From Adineta vaga (Eukaryota; Animalia; Rotifera), in the NCBI GenBank assembly GCA_021613535.1, contig CP075495.1, positions 9,486,001 to 9,550,000 on the forward strand: DNA of 64,000 nt, written 5' to 3'. The translations under genes and the position numbers were made by a program. Below, piece by piece: positions 38,689 through 55,129 of the stretch. The notes beneath the pieces are model-generated. The model ran no database searches. It was given only the letters and a program-made list of their open reading frames with translations, and was not told the origin of the DNA. Every line of letters begins with the position of its first letter. Position 1 is the first letter of the stretch.

Positions 38689-40368
38689 TTGTTTCGTTTG
38701 TTTCTTCAATGTATTTTTTGACCTATGGTCAAGATGTTGTTTATTGTCTGAAAAATGAAAACTAATTGTGATCATATTTTCTTCTTCTTCTTCGTCTACG
38801 TCTATTCCGATAAATAAGTTTACTTTTTCTTCTTCTCTACACAGTGTTTGTCTATCTGTTGATATGGTATGTTCGTACTTGTATTGCAAGTGAATTGAAG
38901 ATAAAGAACTGGAAAAAAAACAATATATATTTTTTTTTCTTTTTTTCTTCTTCTTCTTCTTCTTCTACTTCTATTCAGATATTTCTTCTCTTTTCTTTTT
39001 GCTGCTTGTGCTCTTTGATTGAATAAAATGAAAACGAATTGCTAATTAATCGAATACCATTGTGATGTAATATCAGATTTGAGAAACACTACATTAACTC
39101 ATCGATTGATCTGTACTTCAAATAAAAATACGTGAATAAAACAATAACTCGAAGGTCAAATGTTAATAATGGCAAACCACAATGTTATTTTTTGTATACT
39201 CTTTGATCATAATTGTTTGAAATTGACTATTTATAAGTGATTCATTGTTTTCACTAACGCTTGTCGATAAAAAAATATGCATTTCAACTGAGTACATGCA
39301 TCATGGGTACATCAGAATGTTCAGAGCAAAGATGATCCTACCATTATTAATCATAAACAATACTTTGCAATAGAAACATATATTAACTTATAACACCAAA
39401 ATAGGACATTGTTGAAGCATTATGCTAAGGTCAATCTTTTAAAATCACTGATCAACTATATAATAGGCTAAACAAGCCGAGAGGAAGTTAATTCTTATAG
39501 TGTTATAATACCTAGCATTTTCAATAGTTCATATACATGAAAGCATTTGACTGTCAGACTTAACATTCATAGTAATTAAGTACATATATAATTCGCTCTC
39601 CATTATTAGTAGACGATTGATACACATGTAAAATAATAAATAGAACAAGTTCAAATACGCATTAAAAGAGTAAGACTTGTTTTTTTCCACATTTTAATGT
39701 AAATATAAATCATCGAAGAACTTTCATCAGGTAAATTACGAAAATAATATGTAGAGAATATTTCATAAACTTCGCAACAATTGGATGTATACTTGCTTCT
39801 CAAATAAAATTTCTAATATACTACAATTGATTTCATATGACCGTAAAGAAAAAGGATCAATGATGAAAATAATTACGCTGTCTAATACAAACATAAAAGA
39901 CTTCAGTCAAGCGTCTAATCTTCTACCAATTGAAAAAAGTCTTTGCCGATCAGTCTTGAAATAATTGGCATCCTTTCCTTCATTCTATTGAGCTAGAGAG
40001 ATCGTTGTAGTCGATAAATGCCCATTTTGTTTTTCTTTATCTTTAGAAAGTTCAAATGTAGATACAAATAATAAAGGAATATAGATATGTAATCTTTTTT
40101 TTTAGATTTTGATCTGACGAACTCTAATGATTTCATACGAATGAAATGAATTGAAACTGATACCAGGAATGATATCTTTGAAATGTAATGAAATAGATTA
40201 ACGACATCTGGAATGCTAGTTTATATTGGATCAGATCTTGACAACTAAAAAATAAAACTGTTATTTTATCCTATAATTGATATGTTTTATTATTTGTAAT
40301 ATGTTTGATGTATGTAAATAGTACTTCATTATTTGTATTTGTATTTTTAGGGACATCGATGTGAAAGA

Positions 40369-42891
<2,523 letters not shown>

Positions 42892-43534
42892 TTTTCTTTC
42901 ATTTTTGTTCTACTTACTATGCATTTGTTTGAAATCTTTACTTTTATTCTATTTTTCTTGACTAAAACAATGCACAAGTGTACTCTTTTTTCTTGTTGAT
43001 CATGACAAATATCTACTTTTATTTTATTCATGTTCTTTTCTTTTTGCTCCTTCCGAAAAATTTCACTGCTATGACAAATTTCTTCTACGTACACTTGTTT
43101 GATTTGAAACAAACAAAGAAAATCTATTGTACAAAATCGTTCTAGTTATAGATTTCGTTTCTTTTTATAAGTGATGAGAGAAAGAGATTGGAAAAATAAA
43201 GTTTTCTTTTTATTGATTTTCTATTACATTCAATGATTTTTATCCTACAAGTCGAGAAATACTATCAATTGAGGATGTGATTACATGCAATGTCTAGGCA
43301 AGATCTGAGCTCTACGTGTTTTTAAATCTGACATTTGTCTATTTCTTTTAATTGAAGCATTAAACCATATAATACAAAAGAAATAATTTGTTTTTAGAGT
43401 ATCATTATGATTCTAACACATGGAAAGCGAGTTTTATATACTTCATAGACTATTTATGGAAGTTTTAAATATATTTATTGTTCACTCAAAAAGAAAAAAA
43501 ATTTAAAGAATTGGTAATCGTATTGTTTTTTTTA

Positions 43535-44390
43535 TCATTTCATTTGCATACAAACAGAAAGAGAGAAAATAATCATAAATATGGAGATAGGATATGAAAG
43601 AATACCAGCTGACTTTGTAGTTGTAGTAGTTGTGGTTGTAGTAGTGGTAGTGATAGTGATAGTGATAGTTGTAGCTGGTGTCGTTGTTATTGTTGCTAGT
43701 GGTGCTGGTTCATTGACAGTTATTTTATTTCCATTCACAAATGAGCAAACATCATCTTTTTGATTATTTTTATAGCACGCGGAAACATGAATTGTATAGT
43801 TGGTATCATATTGATAATCTGTATGTGTGGTAAATACTGGTGATCCGGTCGGTTCTAAAACATCATCATTAATTTTGATTTTATACAGTATGCCTTGACC
43901 AGGAGATGCATCAACTGGCTGCCATGTGATTTTCAATTTCTTGCCATTTGGAATGAACGCTGCTGCGATATGCTGAGGAGCTGAAGGACGACCATAATCT
44001 GTTGTGACGTCAGAAGTAGCTGTTTTTGATGTTCCATCAGACTTTGACAAGTCAAAGTAAATTTATAGTTTGTATGTGGTTGAAGACCGGAAATCTTTGC
44101 ACCACCATTTTCTTTATCATTCGGCAAAATGAACTGATAACTATCGATCGTATCATCACTTTTTACAATACAATTGCAATCTTTGCAGTTAGTGACTTTC
44201 GCTTTTAACCTATAAATAGATGAGTGAATCAATTAAATTAACAAAAAAACAGTGGATGAACGAACTCGACATGTGAATCGTAGATACTTAATTTTCCATT
44301 GTGTGGACCAAAGTCATTAATTGTGATTTCTGCATAAATAAATGCAATAAATAAAGTGAAAAAAAATAATTGTTGGTGATAGCGTTGCAT
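43535..44390 (-). pseudogene. Signal peptide, 2 FN3-like domains, Thr-rich stalk and GPI-like hydrophobic tail, with a 1-nt frameshift at about 44044 (pseudogene or sequence error)
   Basis: Exon 1 MQRYHQQLFFFTLFIAFIYA...; exon 2 ...ISGLQPHTNYKFTLTCQ. The continuation SDGTSKTA..TDYGRPSAP..LKITWQP..YTIHVSACY..T-run..SAGILSYPISIFMIIFSLSV lies in another frame. Confidence 0.7.
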
Positions 44391-45898
44391 GTTTCTCACA
44401 CGTATAATCGATAAAAAATGATAAGACTATGTGATGATTGAGTCCTTTTATTTGATGATATTTTTATTGAAAATAGAGAAAAACGAAAATATCATTTTTC
44501 AATAATATTTGCATACGACAAAAGAGAAAGGAGGATCGCTTGAGAGAAAGATAACGTAATGTTTTAAAAGTGAAGATCGATTACTGAGAATATTCAGTGA
44601 TTGGTACGATAACAAAGAGAGAGAGAGAAAAATCGAATCTATCTCTGGATGATATTGCTCATCACGTTGGATTGATGAATCGTAGATTCCGTGCAATGAT
44701 ATCTCTCGAAATCATTTAATCATAAACTACAAAAATTATTAGTGAGAAAAAAGAGCGTCTTTGTTATTTTCTCATAAAGAATGATTAATATTAATACGTC
44801 ATACAATAAAAAACTAATACTTTGAACCATATTTCCATTCTATTATTTTATATACAAAGTGAAAACGAATGTCTCTTTCCAAACTGAAAAATCAAGATTA
44901 ATAGTGATTCATTTGAGTATCACGAATGTCCAACTTTCTAAGTATTCATGAACTTTCATGACTCATGCATATCTTTTTCATTCAATAAATCTAAGAACAA
45001 TCTATAGCTATTTATAGACAAATCTATGAGAGATTCTTGAGTTAAATTCCGCTATTTTAGCAACGTCATTGGTCAGTTTATAGAGAATGACTAACGTGAG
45101 AGTGCAAACATGTGTCTAGTTGAATAGTCGAAATAATAATTGCACACACATTTTTTAAAATCTGCTACTACCGTTTGTAATATTTGCATGATTTTTTAAT
45201 AATGAAAAAGTCAATATGACTCGAATAAAAAGGATTTGGTTCATATTATTGGATAGATCCTATTTAGTCAAATTAGAATTATAATCATCTATTTTTGTGC
45301 GTGTTTTTGTTATAAGGAATATTTCAATGGCATTTTAATTAGAAGAAGTTTCGTATTATTATGAATTTACATCACATAGTATGGAGGAGTTTTATTGCAA
45401 ATCTTCTATTTGTTTCTAAGTAGTTTTTTATGAGAAATTCGGGATAATCATTGGCCCTGATCAATTATCATCTGTTTTGTACTCTAACATCTGCTTCATC
45501 TTTCTTCTAGTTGTTGCAAAAAAAGAGTCATTTTTCTAGTAGGCGGATCGATGGATGAGAGAAAAAGAAAGAGAACAGATGTATAGTCTTGTCCGAGAGC
45601 GATAAAAAAGTCATTCACTATGAATAGAACTTACTGCAAAGGAATCGGTCGTCCTTACTCGTTTGACCGTCTATTTGCTTGCTAGTGTTCGATGATGGAC
45701 AAACGACGCATAGAACGATGAACTCTCACCACTACAGAACGAGCAGAATAAAATGCAAACATATTCACTCACATATATATATATCTTTTTTCCCTTTTTT
45801 TTCTTCTTCTTTAGCATTAATGTGTGAACTGCAGAAAAAAGCATGATTTTTGTTGCTCTAATTGAACAACTCGTATGACTTTTTTTGCAAAAGATTAG

Positions 45899-46779
<881 letters not shown>

Positions 46780-46888
46780 TAATTCCTCTACAATTTGTAT
46801 AGATATATATATCTTGTATAGATAAATAAATAAGTATAAATATAAATGAAGAAATGTTCTTTTATTTGAAAACAAAAATGAAACAATG

Positions 46889-49800
46889 TTATTTCAGTGC
46901 CAAACGTGCTTTTTCAAGAATATCTTTTCGGACACGTGTATGATCTGGATATCGTTGAAGAATCTAAATGAAATAATGATTATTATTGTAAAAAAAACGA
47001 GTAGTTTAAGTTTAGTAATACTTACAAAATGTGCGATATCAATAGCATCTGTTAATCGTTTTGATTTAACATAACTCAATGCTAATTTATAACCTATGAA
47101 AAAAAGATTATTGACAGTCAAATTATCAGAATGTTATCAAAGAAATGTTTATAGCTGACCGATTTAAACATCTGATCAAGATCATACGGTTAGAGTAAAG
47201 AGAGATTTCTTAGTAATTTTTCTTAAAATTGAATGAGTTTTGATAATGTTTTCTTATTTCGGTCTACAATTAATCTTTAGCCATAAAGTGCATTTCAATA
47301 GTTTTCTATTTGCTATCAGCAAAATCATATGAATACGGAATTACTTTTCTCTATCTCAATAGTCAACTTATTACCATTTCAAAGGATTATTTCTTGATTA
47401 TTCACTCTTAGATTATCCTACTTCTGTAAACAATTGTGAGCAAAATCAATACGGAATCATTTCGATCGTACTCATAGTAGTTACTCAATACAATATAATT
47501 ACCTATTGTTGGTTGATTTTTTCGACTATATTTCCATGCTTGTTCATAATTTTCTGCCGCATCTTTATGTGCACCTGTTTGTTCATTCATTACTCCTAAT
47601 GTTTCCAATGCTCGTGTTGAACACTATGAAAATCGAAATAAAGTTTACAAAAATTGATGATTAAATTTATTTTATCGTACCTTATTAACATTTAAAACCT
47701 TTTTACATAATTCAAGTGCTTGATCATACTTTGCTGTTTGTACATAAGTCATTGCAAGCATCAACCAACATTGTTCAATCTCATCGGCATCATCCATATT
47801 CCAAGCCATTTTCGTCGTTCTTTTCAAATATTGTCGAGCTTTTTGAATATCTTTCAATCCAATATAACATTCACTTATCGCACATAACGCACCGATATGA
47901 TCTTTCTAAAAATCATACAAGATTTGAAAGCAATGAAAATCAAAATGAAGTTTTACATGATCATTCAATATTTGTGTAAGATTGTCTGCTGCTTGTTGAA
48001 GACTATGCTTTTCAGTTGTATGAGCCAAACACCAATTTTCTAGTACACGATATCGAATATCATTCGAAGCTTCGCCCATACTCTAGACAAGAAAGAAAAT
48101 TCATCATTGATGCTTATCATTTGTATTAATAACTGACTTGAAGAAGATTGAAGGCTGTTGTTTGAGCAGTTCTTGCTTCATCTGATCGAGAGCTATAATA
48201 GAAGACGATCAATTTTGTTTTTTTTCTATGAATTAGCATACCCATGTAATCTTCGTTTCCAATCATCTTCTGTAGCTATGATTTCATTATCAGGATTTAA
48301 GACAATTTTAACCATAGCATAAACAGCTTGACGACCATACTGTTTATCACGACGACATTTATTGAAACATGACAGAGCTTCACTTGGTTTACATAAATAA
48401 CTGAATCAAAAGATGAGATAATCCATTATCTCATTCATAAATTTATTATATGTATACATACTAAGATAATAAACCTTTGGCAAAATTGAATCCAGCATCA
48501 TTGACTGCTCTTAAATTATTTTTTTCTGTTTTTTCTAAAATTTCAGTAATTTCATCTAAACGTCCAGCACGATACAATGACTTTGTCATTTGTACAAATG
48601 GATCGAAATTATCTAGTTTAGACAATAACTTTAATAAAATGAACTTTTTCTACTTTCATTTCAATTTACTTGGATTACGTTCGATAATATCTTTATACTG
48701 TTGAATTGCTTTTTCAGTCTCATTCTTCCGTAATAAGTAATTTGCCATCATCTAATTAATTTAAAAAAAAAAGCCTCGATAAAATGATTTATGTTTCGTT
48801 GGAATAAACTTACAATTTGAACTGAATTATCATTCGGAAATGTTTTATTCATATAATTACAAATTTGTTCACATAAATCATATTGCTCCGCGTTTAAATA
48901 TGCTTTAGCTAACATCATTTGTACCTAAACCAACGAAAAGAAGATTATTTTGAAAAAAGAAAATCATTCAAACAGACTTTTAAATTTCGATCATCAATTG
49001 CACTTGCTTCTTTCAAATCTTTAATAGCTGCTTCATAATTATGCTCATCGAAATACATGGCTGCCAAACGATAACATATGCTACAAAAGTTTCAAGATCA
49101 TTTGATGAAGAAATCAATCGATCGAATTATACATACTTGCAATATAATTTTTGATTCTCTTTTTGAAGTTCACCTTCTTCTAATTGTATTCGTTTGAGTA
49201 ATTTTTTTTGATTCTCTTTTGCTTTGATTAAATATTGTTTTGCTTCTTCGAATTGTTTCGCTTGTTCATATATATTTGCATAGATTTCATATGCTTTTGT
49301 CACTTGTTGTGCATGTTGAAAATTCGTATTTGGTACTAAAGAATTGAAATCAAAAGATAAATCAATTCATTCTCGTTTCGTTTTTTTTTCTACTACCTTC
49401 CTCTTTAAGCAATTGATCAAGAATTCTTTGTGCAAGTTCAGTTTGATTTAATTTACTGAGAAGATCAGCAAGATTAATTCTAAGAAAAAAAAAACAAATA
49501 GATAAATTTCCATGGAATTTATGGCAACTACCTTAATTCACTTTGAGGTTCAGCTTTAACGATTGCTTCGTAATATTTAATGGCTTTACTATATGCATGA
49601 GTTTTAATATATGCTTCACCAATCTTTTTCATTAATGTAATATCACGATTGTTTTGACGAAGTGCAGCATCGTAAACTTCAATAGCTTTGTCCGGCTAAA
49701 ATAAAATCTTGTGTGAAACAAAATCCTTTTTTTTTTCAAAATACAATCGTATTTACCTCCATAATACTCATATATGCATCTCCTAGAATGACTAAAGCTT

Positions 49801-52800
49801 GTGGTGTTGGATTACGATCAACTAATTCCTTATAAGTTTTAATATATAATTTTTTATCTCTTCGATGTTTTAAATAAATTTCTGCTAATTTTTCTCGTGC
49901 TTGAACATAATTCGGTTGATCAGATTTAATTTGCATTAAAGTTTCAATAGCTTGATTAATATCACCACGTTTTATTGCCAAATCGACATTTGTTAATAAA
50001 ATTCTTGATTCTTCACTTGTACCTTGAAATTCCGATGATGCTTCTTGTAAAAGTATACTAGCTTCATGAACACGATTGAGTAACAATTGTATTTCAGCTA
50101 ATTCTAAATAAACACTAACACGATCTTGAATCGAAGTTTTAATACTCGATATATTTCCATCGGATTTCATTCGTGGTGTTTTGACTGATTCAGTTTCTTG
50201 TCGTTTCTTCATGCCAGTTAAATTCAATGCACTTTGTAATAATTTACAAGCTTCATCATATTTTTGTTCTTTTTTAAGAATACGTGCACGAATCAAATGA
50301 TAAATTGGATGAGTTTTTAAATCGAAATTATATGATAAACCATTTTCCAATGCATCATATGCTGCATGAGTATTGCCTTCACGTGTATATACTTGAGCTA
50401 GAAGAATATACGCATCGGAATATGTAGCTTCTTGATCAATAATACGACGTAGAACATTTTTTGCTTCAGCTATATCGCCAGATAAATATTTGACTTTAGC
50501 CAATAGAAAAAGACCTTCGATTAAACCTGGTACAGCTTTAGTTAATTGTTCTAAAATAGCATTCGTTTTTCGAAGTGATGGATCAAGATTTTGACCAGGT
50601 TCAACAGGCTGAATGAATGAATGAAAAGAAACAATTCTTCTTTAATTTAATGAAGACAAATCATTATTACTTTTGAAGATGTATTATTCATATATTCTCG
50701 AATAATTTCAAGAATAAGATCAGGATTCAAACATAATAAATACTTTTTACCTAATGGTAAACCCTGTAGAAACAAATTAGAGAGTGAAAAATGAGTAAAA
50801 AATAAGAAATAATGTCAACAAACTCGAAGATTTTTGAAATGTTGTTCAGCTGCCGAATCGAATAAACTTAAGATTTGATCAGGTGGTAGCACACTTTCAT
50901 GTTTAGCTAGAAGTGCTTTGAGATGAGCCAACTCCTACGATAAACAGAACGTACATATAGATTACAATCTACAGTTATAGGAAGGATTTATCGTATGGAA
51001 CCTAATTCTACTCTTTAGATATATGTATAAAATAAGTGATTCTAATAGTACAGTAATAATTAGAATAGAACATGTGACATTTAAATTATCCTCTTGTTAT
51101 TGAGAATCTATTTCAGTGTCTGGTACAACAATTGTGTTTTCTAATTCAAAGTCTATGAATGTATACTTACTGCAGCATTTACAGTTTGTGTTTCACTTTG
51201 AAAATCAATTTGTTGCTTTGCTTCAGTATATTTTCCTTCCAATATTTGACAATGAATAATCCCTGTAATATTCAGCAAATGATAAAAGGAATGACTTTTT
51301 TTTCAATTATTTGACGAACCATAAACAGCTTCAAGATTATCTGATTGTGCTTTTGCGGCACTTTTATAAAACTTAATAGCCTCATTCATTTTATTAGCCA
51401 TCAATGCTTGATAACCACCTTCAATCAGATAATTTGTATTTGTTGGATCAATTTCTAGAGCACGTTGAAGAAGGGCATCGCTATGTTGAAGAATTTGAGG
51501 ATTTCGTCCACACTAAAAGTCGTATTTTTACAATTATCGAGACAAAACTAATGCTTTAGACATACGACTCTTGCAACGACTTGTGACATTTCGTAATATT
51601 GCCAAGCACCTCGTGGTTCTGATGTCTCAATTGCTTGTATAAGTTGATTGAATGCTTGTTGAGCCTGCCATATAGAATCGATGCTTAGAAAATCAATTTT
51701 TTGTTAATTTGTTACTTACATCGCTATAGTTTCCTTCTTTACATACTAAATACAAATAATGATATTCATGTGCCTCAACACAATCTGGATCAATACGAAA
51801 TGCTCTATTTATAATTAAAATAATTAAAATACAATCGTCATCTATTTTATAAAATTACCTTTGAGCAACATCTTCACATTGTTCCCAATCCTGCATGCAT
51901 AATTGTAATTTCATATTTTCTAGAACAGCTGGTAGATAATCACTTTTTGTAGCTAATACTCGATTAACAAATTCAAGTGCTTGAGAAAAATTCGATCGTA
52001 TTTCACGATATTTAGCATAACCAAATGCTGCATCGGGGAAATTACCTTCTAGCCTTTATCAACGTAACAATTAGTGTGAATGGTAATTAAATTAAAAACT
52101 ATTTACTTTAAAGCAGCTTCAAAATATTGTTTCGATTCTTTAGCAACATCTGTTGCAATTAATATCCAACCTTTTAAACTTAAAGCCTAACAAAGAAATT
52201 TCGGAATTTATATTTAAGTAAGAAATACCTTGTTCTCTTACTAGAACATTCGATGCATTTTGTTTAGTTGCTCGATCAATGTATTCTGTTGCTTTTTCCG
52301 GTTTACCAATAATATACAATGTATGGGCAGCAAAAAATAATGCCTAAGTAGAAAAGACATGAGATTCTGTTTTATTTTACAAATTTATCTTTATTTTACC
52401 ATATCATCGACTTGTTTACGTAATTCTTTGACTTTAACTTCATGTTCTGTAATTGCTTCACGATCTAGAAGAAGTCAAAACGAAAGAAAAAATCGATTAT
52501 TAATTACTGAAAGTTGATCGTGTATCGATACCTGGTGTTTTATGCTGTTTATGAGCATGAATTAATGCCAAAAGGGATCCAACCATTAATTCTGGTCTAC
52601 TTCGTAATTGTTCCAATTCACGCATAGATTCATTTAAACGTCCTATAATATCAAATATTAGAGATTAACAAATGAACAATGTTCCAAAAAGATAAGAAAA
52701 GAAATTCAAATATTCACCATTCATCAACTGTGCTAATGCTGAATAAAATTTCAATAAACCATCGTTAACATAACGTTTTAAAGCTTCATTTGTTGCTATA

Positions 52801-52927
52801 TAAGCTTGATTATAAAATTTTCCACGAAAATAATAAAAAATTTTACTCTAAATATGTAAAAATTCAATCGAATCTTAGAAATTAAAAGATAATTCATTAC
52901 CAAATTGTATAAATCTTTTTCAGCCAT
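46889..52927 (-). CDS. TTC21B: TTC21/IFT139 TPR protein (IFT-A complex), many exons
   Basis: Start MAEKDLYNL|..IFYYFR; AKVKYLSGD..A; AYIKTHAYSKAIKYYEA; C-terminus AAENYEQAWKY..IGYKLA...YPDHTRVRKDILEKARLALK*. Confidence 0.92.
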
Positions 52928-53240
52928 TTATCAATTCTTTTAAATATGAACTGAATATATTAAAGTTTTTAATTCCACCATCGATAATGTTCAAGTCAAT
53001 CGATGCGTAATAGCAACAACCCTCGTGCGTCTCTTTATAGAGGTCAGTAGTTGTTCATATTTAAATGAAAAATATTTTCGATATTTTAATGAATTTTTTC
53101 AATCAAAAACAAAAAATAGAATAAATAAAATTGTTTAGTAAAATTTTATCGGAAAACCTTCTTGATTGATTCTCTGGAACAGGTCATTTATTCATTCATT
53201 TGTTTTCATACGAAAAAATACTCACTCAATAGAAATTCAA
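52928..53240. promoter_or_regulatory. Divergent promoter region shared by TTC21 and SIRT1, with an X-box half-site ATAGCAAC at 53010-53017
   Basis: The ATGs are 313 bp apart on opposite strands; the RFX-like half-site lies about 85 bp upstream of the ciliary gene. Confidence 0.5.
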
Positions 53241-54846
53241 ATGTCATCAGACTCTACCGTTGATCCAGGTTCAACGGATTCTGAAACACCAGTTATTCAT
53301 AGTGAAACATCTAATCATATTGTTGAAATTCCTATTCAATCAACAAAAGCATCAAATCAAAACGAATCTTCTCAGTCAGATTTTAATTCAAATTCTGATA
53401 GTGATGATGAAGATTTTCCAATTGATTTAACATTCGATTGGCTCGATGAACAAATGCGTGCTGGTGTTGATCTACGTCCATTACTTTCTCGAATAATTCC
53501 AGGTTTACCTGAAGATGTATCTCAATCTACAATGTATGAGATTCTAATGAATCTTTTCCTACCAATTCGTCAACGAAAAGCACTCGAACAATATAAAACA
53601 CTCGACGATGCAGTTCAATTGATACATACACGAAAAAATATTCTTGTTCTCACTGGTGCTGGAATATCTGTTAGTTGTGGAAGTAATAAATTAGTTTATT
53701 TGTATGAATGATTAATTCTCATATTGATTCTTTTTATTTTTAAATTTAGTTCCTGATTTTCGTTCCCGTAATGGTATTTATGCTCGGCTGCGTGAAGAAT
53801 TTCCTGAACTACCCAATCCTCAATCCATGTTTGATATTGAATATTTTACTGATGATCCTCGACCATTCTTTCGTTTTGCAAAAGAAATCTGGCCGGGACA
53901 ATATCAACCATCATTAGCTCATTATTTTATTAGTGAATTAGAACGACAAAATAAATTATTAAGAAATTATACTCAAAATATTGATTCATTAGAACATCTA
54001 TGTCCAATTACACGATTGATACAATGTCATGGTTCATTTTCAAGTGCAACATGTCGTGTATGTCATCATTCAGTAAAGAGTGATGAAATTAAAGAAGAAA
54101 TTTTACAACAACAAATTCCACATTGTCCGAAATGTCCTTTAGATCAAAGTGACGCTATACTCAAACCTGACATTGTATTTTTTGGGGAACAATTACCAGA
54201 TGATTTTCATAAAGCAATATCTCTGGATAAAAATCAATGTGATTTATTAATTGTTATGGGTTCTAGTTTGAAAGTTAAACCAGTATCACTCGTATCAGAA
54301 TTATTATCAAGTGATATACCACAAATTTTAATCAATCGTGAACGATTACCACATAAAACATTCGATATTGAATTACTAGGTAATTGTGATGTTATTATCA
54401 ATGAATTATGTCTTCGTTTAGCAAAATTAGACTCAACATTTGGACAAATTAAAAATGTTCAATCAAAATTATTGAAAGAAATTCCTTATGAAAATCTCCT
54501 AACTACACAAGAACCGGAAAGAAAAAAACAAAAACTTTTATCAGATAATGATGTTCATCATCAATCATCAGATCCGGAACCATTAAAAACTGAAATATCA
54601 TCTACATCAAAACAGATATTGTCTTCATTGAAAAATTCTTCATTATCTATTGACAATTCATCATATATATCCTGTCCACCACGACGATACATATTTCCTG
54701 GTGCGGAAATAGATTTCTCATCGGATGATGACGATGATGATACTACTGGTAGTAGTAGTAGTAGTAGCAGTGATGATGATGATGACGATGAAAACAATTA
54801 TGAAACCATCGATGAAGAAGAGTTACCGAGAAAAAATGTTGAATGA
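53241..54846 (+). CDS. SIRT1: NAD-dependent deacetylase sirtuin-1, 2 exons, intron about 53683-53749
   Basis: LTGAGISVSCG|IPDFRSRNGIYARL; LLRNYTQNID; QCHGSF; CxxC pairs; KPDIVFFGE; SIRT1-type C-terminal segment PPRRYIFPGAEI. Confidence 0.95.
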
Positions 54847-55129
54847 TTCTGTAGTTTATTTTTTAGTTTTCATTGTTTTCTTTTCGTTTATTTATTTATA
54901 TAATGTCAGAAAAAGAAAAGAACCACAAAAAAAGGATTAGAAACTTTTCAAGATATAGAATGCATATATAAATATGTGCATATGACGAACACTACAATAG
55001 TTAAGACAATAAAGAAAGCATTCTCTGTTTAGTTACACACACACATACATAAATGAATAGATATATATAGTACACTATTGCAAAAATGCATCATTAAGAA
55101 GAAAAGAAAAAGTTCATTCGTTAATACAT

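Noticed and set aside
38700-40340. Possible Nup96 remnant downstream of Nup98
   Set aside because: No sustained reading frame or Nup96-like motifs are visible.
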